Notes: generated from the letters alone by a model not told the origin. Positions 9,018-18,675 are shown, counted from the stretch's first letter. The stretch is DNA of 35,577 nt from Halobacteriaceae archaeon (GCA_042216675.1 JBDGTS010000039.1:1-35577), one strand, 5' to 3'. Numbers and translations: made by a program.

Positions 9018-9483
9018 GCGCCCGGACCCGACGCGCGTCGTCGCCGATGCGGACGTGTTGGCGGCCGACCTGCTGGTCGGCGGCGCGGCGCGCCCGGCGC
9101 TCGACGCCGTTCGACGGCACTCGTGGACGACGCTCGTGGCGAGCGACCCGTTGCTGGACGACGCCGCCGCCGTCGTCGAGACGCTGGCGGACCCGGCGCT
9201 GGCGGCCGACTGGCGCGAGCGTGCGGCGGCGCTGACGGAGCGGGTGTCCCACCCGGACGGCGACCATCCGGCGGTCGCGTCGGCCTATCATGGAAACGCG
9301 GCGCACCTGCTCACGTTCGACGCGTCGCTGACCACCGCCGCCGCGAACGCGTCGCTGAAGGCCCACGTCGAGACGAGCGTGAAGCGCCCGGACGCCTTCG
9401 CGCGGCTGTTCGACGCGGAACCGCTGTACGAAGCGACGGTGGGCGGCGAGTATCCCGGCCCGGACCGGGACCCCCGCGGTTAG
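9010..9483 (+). CDS. PIN-fold-like hypothetical protein
   Basis: N-terminal VVADADVL resembles PIN hhhDTNVL; C-terminal DHPAVASA...HLLTFD resembles PIN D..A...hTxD. Confidence 0.7.
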   Translation: MTERPDPTRVVADADVLAADLLVGGAARPALDAVRRHSWTTLVASDPLLDDAAAVVETLADPALAADWRERAAALTERVSHPDGDHPAVASAYHGNAAHLLTFDASLTTAAANASLKAHVETSVKRPDAFARLFDAEPLYEATVGGEYPGPDRDPRG

Positions 9484-9851
9484 CCGAGGACGTCCGAGAC
9501 GGCGGCGGCCACGTCGCGAAAGCGGGCCATCGTCATCGGGTCCGTCGTGACGAAGACGCCCTCCTCCCCCTCGATGACGCGGGTGACGTAGCCGTGGTCG
9601 AAGGCCCGAATCGTGAACGCGTAGTCGCCCAACTCCGACTCGCTGTACGCAGTGCGCGAGGAGAAGCCCGACTGCTCGGCGGCGACGAACGCCGACAGGT
9701 CGGCGTCCTGTTCCAAGTCGTCGCGGAGATACACCTGCGCGTGGTCCTCGGGTGTGAAGTACGTGATAGAGCGCAGTCGGTCCCCCACTGACGTCCGGCA
9801 GGCGCTGACCAGTTCGGTCGCTGGCACGTCGCGCACGGTGCTGTCAGTCAT
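9480..9851 (-). CDS. Haloarchaeal hypothetical protein (VGDxLRS...YLRDDL family)
   Basis: Acidic ORF with VGDRLRSITYF, VYLRDDLE and LGDYAFTIRAFDHG; ATG 9851. Confidence 0.75.
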   Translation of the reverse strand: MTDSTVRDVPATELVSACRTSVGDRLRSITYFTPEDHAQVYLRDDLEQDADLSAFVAAEQSGFSSRTAYSESELGDYAFTIRAFDHGYVTRVIEGEEGVFVTTDPMTMARFRDVAAAVSDVLG

Positions 9852-9900
9852 CTCCGCTCTCCGTGCTAGACGTTCACAAGGCACAAAAGTCTGGCGGCGC

Positions 9901-10443
9901 TCAGCGGGGCGAGGCAGTCAGCCAGTCCGCAACCTTCGCCAGCGCCCGGCCGCGGTGGGACACGTCGTTCTTCTCGACGGGGCTCATCTCCGCGAAGGTG
10001 GTGCCCTCGTGTTCGAAGATGGGGTCGTAGCCGAAGCCACCGTCGCCGCGGGGCGGGACGATTTTGCCCTCGACGCGGCCCGTGAACGTCTCGACGGTGT
10101 CGCCGTCCGCGTAGGCGACGACGGCCCGAAACGAGGCACTGTGGTCGTCCTCGGCGGCGACGAGTCGCTGGACGCGCTCGATGCCCAGCGTCTCCTCCAC
10201 GTAAGAGGAGTAGGGGCCGGGGAAGCCGTCGAGGGCGTCCACGAACAGGCCCGCGTCGTCCACGATGACCGGGTCGTCGTCCGGCGCCTCCGCGAACGCC
10301 TCGCGGGCGCCGCGGGCCGCGACGTCGGCGAGCGAGTCGCTCTGAATCTCCGCGTAGTCGTAGTCGAACTGGACCACGTCGTCGCCGAGGTACTCGCGGG
10401 CCTCGCGGACCTTGCCGGGGTTCGTCGTGACGAAGTGCAGCAT
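9901..10443 (-). CDS. rdgB: Non-canonical purine NTP pyrophosphatase (RdgB/HAM1/ITPase)
   Basis: TTNPGK, DDAGL, GFPGPYS, GFGYDPIF, KNDVSHRGRA. Confidence 0.96.
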   Translation of the reverse strand: MLHFVTTNPGKVREAREYLGDDVVQFDYDYAEIQSDSLADVAARGAREAFAEAPDDDPVIVDDAGLFVDALDGFPGPYSSYVEETLGIERVQRLVAAEDDHSASFRAVVAYADGDTVETFTGRVEGKIVPPRGDGGFGYDPIFEHEGTTFAEMSPVEKNDVSHRGRALAKVADWLTASPR

Positions 10444-10716
10444 CTACTCGTCGACGACGACTTCGACGGCTTCGGCCTCCTCGTCGCCCGTCTCGCCGTC
10501 GCCCGAGTGCTCGCGCCAGAGGAGGACGCCCGCGACGGCGAGGACGACCCACGAGCGCCAGTTGGCGAGGTTCAGCGTGTAGCCGATGCCGAAGGGTTTC
10601 TCGACGAGCATTCCCTCCCCGGGTTGCCAGTAGGAGGACACCAGACGGGAGATGCTCGGTCGCTCGAAGTTGTACGGGACGCCAAGCAGTTCGCCGGAGG
10701 CGGGTTTGTCGGCCAT
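10444..10716 (-). CDS. Small membrane protein (DUF5808-like)
   Basis: GVPYNFERP...VEKPFGIGYTLNLAN followed by one TM helix; its stop abuts the rdgB start. Confidence 0.75.
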   Translation of the reverse strand: MADKPASGELLGVPYNFERPSISRLVSSYWQPGEGMLVEKPFGIGYTLNLANWRSWVVLAVAGVLLWREHSGDGETGDEEAEAVEVVVDE

Positions 10717-10761
10717 ACCGACCCGTACGCCCGCGGCGGGTAAATAAGTCCCCCAACCGGC

Positions 10762-12375
10762 TCAGTCGCTGTACCGGCCCCGCCCCTCCACGTCGGCGAG
10801 GCGGTCCAACACCGCCGGGTCGCCGCGCGCCGCGTACGCCTCGCGGGCGGCGTCGAGGAGCGGTTCGGGGTCGTCGGCGGTGCCGGTGACGCTCCCCCGG
10901 AGGACGTGGAGGTCCATCGCGAAGTCCTCCACGTCCGTCGAGTGGTAGCCGAGGCCGAAGTCCACGAGGTACGACCGGCCGGCGGAGGGAGCCACGTCCG
11001 CGACGGGCGACTGGTCGGGCGCGACACGGACGTTGCGCGTCGTCGGGTCACCGTGGACGAGACCCGCGTCGTGGAGCGTCGCGAGGTGTGCGGCGACGGC
11101 GCGCACGCGCGGCGCCGAGAGAGCGTCCCGCAAGTCGTCGCCGCCGACGAACTCCAGTTCGAGGGTCCGCGCGGGCACGTCCACGTCGAAGACGACGGGC
11201 GTCGGCACGCCGTGGCGGCGCGCGGCGCTGGTGAGGCGCGCTTCGAGGACGGTCCGGTCCCGCCGGAGGCGCGCGTCGAGGTCCGGGTGGCGATACGCTT
11301 TCGACGGGCGGCGTTTCGTGACGCGCCCGGCGTCCGGGTCGAGGTCCACGACGGCCTCCGCGCCGCGCACCGGACCGGTACCGGGGGCGGCGGGCGGCGC
11401 CTCGCGGGCGCGCCACGACACGGGCACCTCGTCGGGCCGGAAGTCAGGGCGCACCGACGAGTCCTCGACGCTGAGGGTGTCGCCCGCCGCGGCCATCTTC
11501 GCGCCGAGGACGGCTATCATCCCGGCGTTGTCGCGCAGGAAGCGGGCCTCCGGCGCGTAGAAGTCGGCGCCCCGGGCCTCGCACATCGTCGCAAGCATCT
11601 CGCGGAGGCGCGCGTTCTGCCCGACGCCGCCGCCGAGGACGAGTTCGTCGCGGCCGGTGAGCGAGAGCGCTCGCTCCGCGACTTCGGTGAGCATCGCGAA
11701 CACCGTCTCCTGCAGGCCACAGCAGACGTCCGCGATGGGCGTCCCGTCGTCGACGGCGGCTTGGGCGGCGCTGGAGATGCCCGCGAAGGAGAAGTCCATC
11801 CCCTTGACGACGTAGGGCAGGTCGACGTACTCGCCCTCGCGGGCGCGCTCCTCGACTTTCGGGCCGCCGGGGTGCGACCAGCCCAGATGGCGGGTGAACT
11901 TGTCGATTGCGTTGCCGACGCCGGTGTCCATCGTCTCGCCGAGCATCCGGTAGCGGCCGTTCCGGTACGCGAGGACGTGGGCGTTGGCACCGCTGGCGTT
12001 GAGACAGATGGGGGCGTCGAAGCCAGAGCGATGGCGCCCGATTTCGAGGTGGGCGACCATGTGGTTCACCCCGACGAGTGGCACGTCGAGGGTGAGCGCC
12101 GTCGCCCGCGCGGCGGACGCGGCGATGCGCAGACACGGCCCGAGGCCGGGGCCACGGGAGAACGCCACCGCGTCGATGGGGCCATCGGCGGCGCTGAGGA
12201 TTCTGTCGAGGACCTCTGGCACGAACTCGCGCATGTGCTCGGCCGCCTCGCGCGGGTGGAGGCCGCCGCTGTCGGGTTGGTACGCCTCGGACTCGATGGT
12301 GACCGAGTCCGTCGCAGAATCGAAGAGCGCGGCGCTGGCCGCCCACGCGGTGCCCTCGATGCCGAGGACGCGCAC
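10762..12375 (-). CDS. kae1: Bifunctional KEOPS Kae1 (t6A synthase)-Bud32 kinase fusion
   Basis: LGIEGTA, GPGLGPCL, VNHMVAH, DNAGMIA, FRPDEV; then GAEA, KAYRHP, HGDPTTRN, DFGL. Confidence 0.96.
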   Translation of the reverse strand: MRVLGIEGTAWAASAALFDSATDSVTIESEAYQPDSGGLHPREAAEHMREFVPEVLDRILSAADGPIDAVAFSRGPGLGPCLRIAASAARATALTLDVPLVGVNHMVAHLEIGRHRSGFDAPICLNASGANAHVLAYRNGRYRMLGETMDTGVGNAIDKFTRHLGWSHPGGPKVEERAREGEYVDLPYVVKGMDFSFAGISSAAQAAVDDGTPIADVCCGLQETVFAMLTEVAERALSLTGRDELVLGGGVGQNARLREMLATMCEARGADFYAPEARFLRDNAGMIAVLGAKMAAAGDTLSVEDSSVRPDFRPDEVPVSWRAREAPPAAPGTGPVRGAEAVVDLDPDAGRVTKRRPSKAYRHPDLDARLRRDRTVLEARLTSAARRHGVPTPVVFDVDVPARTLELEFVGGDDLRDALSAPRVRAVAAHLATLHDAGLVHGDPTTRNVRVAPDQSPVADVAPSAGRSYLVDFGLGYHSTDVEDFAMDLHVLRGSVTGTADDPEPLLDAAREAYAARGDPAVLDRLADVEGRGRYSD

Positions 12376-12408
12376 GGCTACCGCCCTCCCGCGTGGCTCA
12401 TGCCGGCG

Positions 12409-12540
12409 TTACTTCCACTCGGTGTAGCCACAGCGACCGCAGTGCTGCCGGTCGTCGTGGTCTGCGAGGTAGGTGTCGCCACAGCGGGGACACTCCTCTT
12501 TCGCGACTTCGCCGTCCTCGTAGTACTCGTTCCGGGCCAT
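12409..12540 (-). CDS. rps27ae: 30S ribosomal protein S27ae (eS31)
   Basis: Not in the ORF track. Manual translation [43 protein letters not shown] shows a C4 zinc ribbon; directly follows rps24e. Confidence 0.95.
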   Translation of the reverse strand: MARNEYYEDGEVAKEECPRCGDTYLADHDDRQHCGRCGYTEWK

Positions 12541-12854
12541 CACTCAGCGGCCTCCTCGGCGGCGTCCTCGGCGTCCTCGCCGATTTTGTTGCGTTCGAGC
12601 ATGTACTCCTGCTCGATTTCGCGGGCGTCCTCGGGGCTGTCGTACACCTTCGCGTACCCGACGGTGCGCCGCATGCCGAACTTCGTGTCGAGTTCGTGGA
12701 CGACGACTTCCTCGGCGTCCTTGTTGATTTTCGCCGCCAGACTGTCCCGGACGGAGAGTCGCGGGGGCGTGGCGTCCTCGTGCGTGACCTCGAACTGCAC
12801 GTCGGTCCGGTGAAGCAGGGGGTTCTCGTCCTGCTCCAAGATGGTGACTTCCAT
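12540..12854 (-). CDS. rps24e: 30S ribosomal protein S24e (eS24)
   Basis: [28 protein letters not shown]. Confidence 0.96.
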   Translation of the reverse strand: MEVTILEQDENPLLHRTDVQFEVTHEDATPPRLSVRDSLAAKINKDAEEVVVHELDTKFGMRRTVGYAKVYDSPEDAREIEQEYMLERNKIGEDAEDAAEEAAE

Positions 12855-12955
12855 GGTCAGTTGCCAGTAAATGGACCGGAAACGCGTAAAAGGATTTCGA
12901 AGGGGCCGACACAGGAGCAGACGGATTTATGTGCCGCCCTGCCCCCCAGCCACGT

Positions 12956-13894
12956 ATGGCACACGAGGACGTTCGCGACGCGCTTCGCGGCACAGCGACC
13001 GGCATCCTGACGCCGTTCCACGACGACGGGGCCATCGACCACGACGCCATCCGGGCCAACGTCGAGGAACTGTACGACCGCGGGGCGCGCACCTTCCTCG
13101 CGACGGCGAACATCTCCGAGTACCACTCGCTCTCGCAGGACGAGCGCATCGCCGTCACCGAGACGCCCATCGATGCCCTCCCCGACGACGCGACGGTGCT
13201 GGCGGGCGTCGGCGGGTCCACGAAGGACGCCATCGAACTCATCGAGGGCTACGAGGCGGCGGGCGCGGACGCGATGATGGTGATGCCGCCGGACCACACG
13301 TACCGCCACGAGCAGGGGCTGCTCGACTACTACGAGAAACTCGGCGCGGCGGCCGAGACGCCCCTCGTCCCGTACGTCCGCGGTTTCCACCCCTCCGTCG
13401 ACTTCCTGGTGGACCTCGCGGACCTCGACTGCGTGGCAGGGGTGAAGTACGCCATCGAGGACGCGGCCAAACTCGACGCCGCGACGGACCGTGCCGACCC
13501 CGCGGTGGTCTGGTCCTGTGGGCTAGCGGAGCCACACGCCCCGCAGTTCTGGCAGGCCGGCGCCGAAGGCTTCACCTCCGGCGTCTCGAACTTCGTCCCG
13601 CGACTGGGGCTGGCGCTGTACGACGCCCTCGCCGCGGGCGACGTGGAGCAGGCATGGCGCATCCGGGACGCGGCGCTCCCGTTCATGGACTTCCGGTCGA
13701 CGACGGGCGAGAACAACACGCTCGCGGCCGCGAACAGCGTCCCCGTGGTGAAGGAGGGCCTCGAACTCGCGGGACTGGAGTACCACGGCGGCAACGTCCG
13801 CGAACCCATCGTGGAACTGTCGGACGCGGACCGCCGCCGCGTCGCGGTGCTGTACGAGGAACTGGAGACGACGCTGGACCGGCTACTCGACTAA
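12956..13894 (+). CDS. DapA/NAL-family class I aldolase (substrate unknown)
   Basis: ILTPF, SEYHSLS..ER, LAGVG, GADAMMVMPP, VPY and the Schiff-base GVKY; ATG 12956. Confidence 0.88.
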   Translation: MAHEDVRDALRGTATGILTPFHDDGAIDHDAIRANVEELYDRGARTFLATANISEYHSLSQDERIAVTETPIDALPDDATVLAGVGGSTKDAIELIEGYEAAGADAMMVMPPDHTYRHEQGLLDYYEKLGAAAETPLVPYVRGFHPSVDFLVDLADLDCVAGVKYAIEDAAKLDAATDRADPAVVWSCGLAEPHAPQFWQAGAEGFTSGVSNFVPRLGLALYDALAAGDVEQAWRIRDAALPFMDFRSTTGENNTLAAANSVPVVKEGLELAGLEYHGGNVREPIVELSDADRRRVAVLYEELETTLDRLLD

Positions 13895-14416
13895 CGACCA
13901 GAGGCGCTCCGCCGTCTCGAAGCGCTCCAAGAGGTCCCGAACCGTCGCCTTCGTCTCCGGGGAGACGGTGACCCGCACCATCCCCTCGCCGGGTTGGCCG
14001 TAGACGACTGTCGCACCGTCGGGCGCCAGCAGAACCGCGGGCAACGCGGCCAAGTCCTCCTCGCCGTCGACTTCGATGACCGTGGGGTCGGGAGACTCGA
14101 CGGCGTCGGCCAGCGCGTCGATCAGTTCTTCGGAGAGGGTTCCGGGCTCGTTCGGCACCGTCACGTCGCGGTCGAGGTCCGCCAGCGTCGCGGCGACGGC
14201 GCCGGTGGTGGCCTCGCGCTCCGTTCGCTCGTCGATGAGCGCCACGGCCGGCCGGTGGCCGGCGTCGAGAAGGTGGTAGGTGACCACGTCGCCGACGGCG
14301 ATGAGCGGGTCGCCCGCGCCGCCGAGCAGTTCCCCGACGTCGGTGAGAACAGGTCCCAGCGGTTCCCGAAGGTCCTCGCGGACGGCCGCGGGGAGGCGAG
14401 CGACGGTGTGCCCCAC
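13883..14416 (-). CDS. GTP-dependent dephospho-CoA kinase (DUF359)
   Basis: LREPLG, VGDVVT, NEPG, VDGEEDL, YGQPGEG; conserved position after spt4. Confidence 0.92.
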   Translation of the reverse strand: MGHTVARLPAAVREDLREPLGPVLTDVGELLGGAGDPLIAVGDVVTYHLLDAGHRPAVALIDERTEREATTGAVAATLADLDRDVTVPNEPGTLSEELIDALADAVESPDPTVIEVDGEEDLAALPAVLLAPDGATVVYGQPGEGMVRVTVSPETKATVRDLLERFETAERLWSLVE

Positions 14417-14417
14417 G

Positions 14418-14612
14418 TCAACGCACCTTCAGCGCGTACGTCCCGGGCTCCGTGACTTCCATCCGCTCCGCGATTTCGCTCTGTTCGGGGTGGGTGATGA
14501 TGACGTAGCCCGCCCAGTCCTCGGTGAGGCTGGTCGACCCACAGGCCGGACAGGCGTTCTCGTCCTCCTCGACGACGCGATGACACTCGCGGCAGACGAG
14601 GCGGTCCGGCAT
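14418..14612 (-). CDS. spt4: Transcription elongation factor Spt4 (RpoE'')
   Basis: CREC...CPACGS zinc ribbon, WAGYVII, SEIA, PGTYALKVR. Confidence 0.96.
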   Translation of the reverse strand: MPDRLVCRECHRVVEEDENACPACGSTSLTEDWAGYVIITHPEQSEIAERMEVTEPGTYALKVR

Positions 14613-15188
14613 CTATTCGCCCTCCGTCTCCGTCTCGGCGGCTTCTTCGCGTTCCTCCTGAAGCCACCCGTGTTTGCCGAGGCCCACCTGCTTGGCGGTC
14701 AGCCCGATTTTGGAGTCGCGGGGGTTGCGCTCGTCGATGGACTTCGTGACGATGCGCGCCCGGACGGCGTCGCCGACTCCGATGGTGCGGTTGGACTCGC
14801 GGGCCGACAGCATCTGGTTTGCCTCGTCGTAGGTGAGATACTCGTCGGAAATCTGGGAGACGTGGAGGAGGCCGTCGACGGGACCGATGCCGACGAAGGC
14901 GCCGAAGTTGACGACTTCGACGATTTCGCCGTCGATGACTTCCTGCATCTGGGGGTCGAAGGTGAGCGCGTCGAACTCGGCCTCGTAGTAGACGCCGGGA
15001 CGGTTCGGCAACACCGCGCCGTCGCCCACGTCGTGGACTTCGGTGACGGTGACGATGCTCCCCACCTCCTCGTCCATCCGACCCTCCAGTTTCTCCTGCA
15101 GAAGGCTCTTCACCCGCTTCGCGGAGACGTCCGCGAGATGTCGCGGCGGGACCTCGACCGTGTCTTTCAGCCTGACTCGCTTGTACAT
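14613..15188 (-). CDS. rpoE1: DNA-directed RNA polymerase subunit E' (Rpo7)
   Basis: DTVEVPP, S1 domain FGAFVGIGPVDGLLHVSQI, KIGLT..Q.GLGK. Confidence 0.96.
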   Translation of the reverse strand: MYKRVRLKDTVEVPPRHLADVSAKRVKSLLQEKLEGRMDEEVGSIVTVTEVHDVGDGAVLPNRPGVYYEAEFDALTFDPQMQEVIDGEIVEVVNFGAFVGIGPVDGLLHVSQISDEYLTYDEANQMLSARESNRTIGVGDAVRARIVTKSIDERNPRDSKIGLTAKQVGLGKHGWLQEEREEAAETETEGE

Positions 15189-15191
15189 GCG

Positions 15192-15572
15192 TTAGTTGGG
15201 TTGAGTGCGTGTCAGTTGCGTCTGCCCCCTTATATGGATTACCGGAACGCCCGCCGCGAGCACGCGGTTCCGGAGGGGAGCGTCGTTCGTGGCGACGGCG
15301 TCGACCTCGCCGCGGTCGGCGAGGGCGACCAGCGCGTCGTCAGCGTACGATTCGTCGGTGGTGACCGGTTCACACCGGTCCGCGAGGTCCAGCCCCACGC
15401 TCGCGGCGCGGGCTTCCTCGCCTCGTCCCCGCGAGAGCGCCGCGAGTTCGTCGCGGACGACTTCGGGGACGACGGCCTCGTAGTTCCCCACGAGGCGGTC
15501 GAGTTCGTCGAAGAGGCGCACGCCGGTTTCGACGGGCGCCATGAGGATGCTCGTGTCCATCGCGATTCTCAT
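15192..15572 (-). CDS. PIN domain protein (FCF1/Utp24-like)
   Basis: [23 protein letters not shown]; ATGA overlap with the aIF2gamma stop. Confidence 0.9.
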   Translation of the reverse strand: MRIAMDTSILMAPVETGVRLFDELDRLVGNYEAVVPEVVRDELAALSRGRGEEARAASVGLDLADRCEPVTTDESYADDALVALADRGEVDAVATNDAPLRNRVLAAGVPVIHIRGQTQLTRTQPN

Positions 15573-16804
15573 TTCAGCGTGCCGACGCCGATGAGTCGCC
15601 ATCGGGCGCCGACGCGGCGGTTGATCGCGATCTTGGCACCCTCGGGTGCACAGACCGGGCGCTTCAACGCGAGTTCACACTCGTCGTCGCGAGCGCTCGT
15701 GACCGAGCCGACGGTCTTTGCGGTGCCGACGATGAGCATCAGCGGCTCGTTCGTCGAAATCGGCTCGATTTCGTCGTTGTCCATGTCGCCGACGAGGCGG
15801 TCGAGGAGGTCGACCTCCATCGTGAACGATTCGCGCGTCGGTGGGAGCGTCCCGGGCGGGCCGGCCACCTGCCCTGCGAGCGCGTCGCCCTTCGTCAGCG
15901 CGGGGTCCAGCCCCGTGCCGACGCCGAGCAGTCCGCCGGGCGAGGCCTCCTCGACCTCGTCGCCGGCGGCGCGGAGCGACCGGACGCTCGTCTCGATTGG
16001 CTCCCAGCGGGTCCGGCCACCCTCCTCGACCTCTCGCCCGGGGCGGAGCTGAACGTCCTCGTCCGGACTCAGCCGACCCGCGACGAGGCTCCCACCGAGG
16101 ACGCCGCCCTGCAGGTCCTCCCACGTCGTACCGGGGCGATTGATGTCGAAAGAGCGGGCGACGTACATCTCCGCGTCGGCGTCGGGGTCCCGCTCGGGCG
16201 TCTGAATCTCGCGCTCGACGGCGTCGATGAGCAGGTCCGTGTTGACCTCCTGTTCGGCGCTGATGGGCACGATGGGCGCGTCTTCGGCGACGGTGCCCGC
16301 CACGAACTCCTGAATCTGCTCGTAGTTCTCGCGGGCCTGCTCGGCGTCCACGAGGTCGACTTTGTTCTGTGCGACGACGATGTTGTCGATGCCGATGATG
16401 TCCAGCGCCATGAGGTGCTCCTCGGTCTGGGGCTGGGGCACCTCCTCGGCGGCGCTGATGACCAACACGGCGCCGTCCATCAGCGCCGCGCCCGAGAGCA
16501 TCGTCGCCATCAGTGTCTCGTGGCCCGGAGCGTCGACGAAGGAGACGGACCGCAGGACCTCGGTCTCCACGTCGTGCGTCGGACACGTCTCGGCCACGGT
16601 GTAACACTCCGGTTCGTCGCATTCGGGACAGCGACGGAACGTCGCGTCGGCGTAGCCGAGGCGAATGGAGATGCCGCGTTTCATCTCCTCGGAGTGCTGG
16701 TCGGTCCACGCGCCCGAGAGCGCCCGCACGAGGGTCGTCTTCCCGTGGTCGACGTGGCCGACGAGTCCGATGTTCACCTCCGGTTGTCGGTTGTTTCCTG
16801 CCAT
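15569..16804 (-). CDS. eif2g: Translation initiation factor 2 subunit gamma
   Basis: [43 protein letters not shown]; ATG 16804. Confidence 0.97.
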   Translation of the reverse strand: MAGNNRQPEVNIGLVGHVDHGKTTLVRALSGAWTDQHSEEMKRGISIRLGYADATFRRCPECDEPECYTVAETCPTHDVETEVLRSVSFVDAPGHETLMATMLSGAALMDGAVLVISAAEEVPQPQTEEHLMALDIIGIDNIVVAQNKVDLVDAEQARENYEQIQEFVAGTVAEDAPIVPISAEQEVNTDLLIDAVEREIQTPERDPDADAEMYVARSFDINRPGTTWEDLQGGVLGGSLVAGRLSPDEDVQLRPGREVEEGGRTRWEPIETSVRSLRAAGDEVEEASPGGLLGVGTGLDPALTKGDALAGQVAGPPGTLPPTRESFTMEVDLLDRLVGDMDNDEIEPISTNEPLMLIVGTAKTVGSVTSARDDECELALKRPVCAPEGAKIAINRRVGARWRLIGVGTLK

Positions 16805-16910
16805 ATTGAGAGGAAGGTTGCGTGAATTTGCGCCCGAGCGCTTCATAAACCTACTGTTGTGGGCTCACGGCGCCGGGCCGCTTTTGCCGCCCGAGCGCCA
16901 ACCGACCCAC

Positions 16911-17873
16911 GTGCGAGAGGCGGCCTTCGAACTGCGCCTGTGTGCCCACCTCGAACGCCGGGACGGCGTCGTCGCCCGGCAGCTCGGGGCGAGCGTCGGC
17001 GGCGGCCACCGCGTGATGGACGTGGTGCGCGTCACGCCCGGCCCCGAGTTCGGAAAGCGAGTCGCGCTCTCGGCCGACACCATCCCGCCCGCCGCCGTCG
17101 CCGCCGACGCCTCCGTCGCTGAGTGGCGTGCCGTCACCGACGCGTTCGACCTGTCGCCGTCCCACGCCCGCGCCGTCGCGGAGCGTGCGGCCGAGGCGGG
17201 CTTCTTCGAGACGACGGTGCGCGACGGGACGATGCAGGTCCGCAGAGCGGCCCGCTACCCGGACTGGGCGGGGTCGCTCGTCGGCGTCGAGAACAAACCG
17301 GACCTCGGCACGCCCGGCGACTTGGCGACCCAACTGCGGAAGGACGTGAGCCTCGGCCTGTTCGACCGCGTGATTCTGGCCACCGAGTCCTACGTCACCG
17401 GCGCGCATCTGCACCGCATCCCCGAGGCGGTGGGCGTCTGGCGGGTAGATTTCGACGCCGAGGACCCCATCGACGTCGTGCGGGAGCCGTCGCCGCTGAC
17501 GCCCGACACGCCGGGGATTCAGGTCGTCGAACGCCACGCCAACCGGACCGAGATTCGCGTCGCCCACGCCGAGGCGAAGGCCCGCCAGCGCCGCCGCGTC
17601 GCCGAACGCGCCTACGGGAAGGGCTGGCGGCCCGCCGCGTTTCCGGACTGTGCCCGCGTCGCCCCCACCGTGGAAGCGGAGACGCCGCTCCCGGACTGTG
17701 ACTTCGAGGGGCGCGTCGTCGCGCCCGGCGCGGACTGCGGGCCGGACTGCCCGGGCCACGAGGCGGCGCCAGCGCCCGCCTACGACCCCGAAGCGGAGCG
17801 CGAGCGTCGGACCGCGTGGCGCGCCGACGCCGGACAGGCGCGCGAGCAGAGCGGGCTGGACCGCTTCAGATAG
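16911..17873 (+). CDS. Haloarchaeal conserved protein (DUF5787-like), possible PD-(D/E)XK nuclease fold
   Basis: GTG 16911 (MREAAFELRLCA); RVMDVV...VGVENKPDL...QLRKD...IPEAVGVW; Cys-containing C-terminus. Confidence 0.75.
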   Translation: MREAAFELRLCAHLERRDGVVARQLGASVGGGHRVMDVVRVTPGPEFGKRVALSADTIPPAAVAADASVAEWRAVTDAFDLSPSHARAVAERAAEAGFFETTVRDGTMQVRRAARYPDWAGSLVGVENKPDLGTPGDLATQLRKDVSLGLFDRVILATESYVTGAHLHRIPEAVGVWRVDFDAEDPIDVVREPSPLTPDTPGIQVVERHANRTEIRVAHAEAKARQRRRVAERAYGKGWRPAAFPDCARVAPTVEAETPLPDCDFEGRVVAPGADCGPDCPGHEAAPAPAYDPEAERERRTAWRADAGQAREQSGLDRFR

Positions 17874-18675
17874 TGTAGCGCTCGCCGTCGACGGCCAGCG
17901 GGTCCGCGAACGCCTCGCTCGCGGGATAGAAGTGCGAGACGTGGACGAGGCGGGTCCGGTCGGCGTCGAGTTCGTCGGCGAGCGCCAGCGCCCCCTCGCG
18001 GGTCATGTGCTTCCCGGCGAAGGTGTAGGGCGTCCCGTCCGCGTAGTCGCTCGCCGGCTTGCCGTGACCGTCGGCGAAGTCGGCGGGGACGATGCCGTCG
18101 GCAAGCAGGAGGTCCGCGCCCGAGAGCGCCCGCTTGCTCGCCTCGGGCACGGCGAAGGACGTGTCGCCCGTCAGCGCCAGCGTCGCGTCGCCGTCGGTGA
18201 CGACGACGCCGTACGTCGGGAGCGGCGGGTGGTGGACGGGGACGAGGGTCACCTCGAAGCCACAGGCCGAAAACGACTCGTGGGGCGTCTGCGGCACGAC
18301 GGTCACGCAGTCGAGGTACGGGAACCGGTCGCCGACGGCCGCAGCGACGGTGTGGTCGCTCTCGGCGGCCGCGGCGGCGTGAACGTCGACGTGGTCCACG
18401 ACGCGGTAGAGGTTCCCGAGGCCGTCGAGGTGGTCGAAGTGCGCGTGGGTGACGAGCGCGGCGTCGGGGAGCGGCACGTCGGCGGGGAGAAACTGCTCGC
18501 GGAAGTCCGGGCTGGCGTCCACCAGCAGCGTCTCGCCCGTTGCCTCGTTCTCGACGAGGACGGAGAAGCGCGAGCGCTCGACGCCGCGCTCTCGGGCGGT
18601 GTCGCAGGTGGCACAGTCACACCCCGGCGTCGGCGTGCCGGTCGTGTCACCGGTGCCAAGGAGCGTGACGCGCAT
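17866..18675 (-). CDS. MBL-fold metallo-hydrolase, PhnP-like
   Basis: LGTG...P..GCDCATC, THAHFDH, TGDT, KHMT, HVSH. Confidence 0.92.
   Translation of the reverse strand: MRVTLLGTGDTTGTPTPGCDCATCDTARERGVERSRFSVLVENEATGETLLVDASPDFREQFLPADVPLPDAALVTHAHFDHLDGLGNLYRVVDHVDVHAAAAAESDHTVAAAVGDRFPYLDCVTVVPQTPHESFSACGFEVTLVPVHHPPLPTYGVVVTDGDATLALTGDTSFAVPEASKRALSGADLLLADGIVPADFADGHGKPASDYADGTPYTFAGKHMTREGALALADELDADRTRLVHVSHFYPASEAFADPLAVDGERYTI

Noticed and set aside
10762-12375. Kae1-Bud32 fusion as a novelty
   Set aside because: This fusion is well known in haloarchaea and methanogens.
15192-15572. PIN protein as a toxin of a TA system
   Set aside because: It sits in the conserved aIF2gamma-PIN-rpoE' position, consistent with an FCF1-like housekeeping nuclease, and has no antitoxin.
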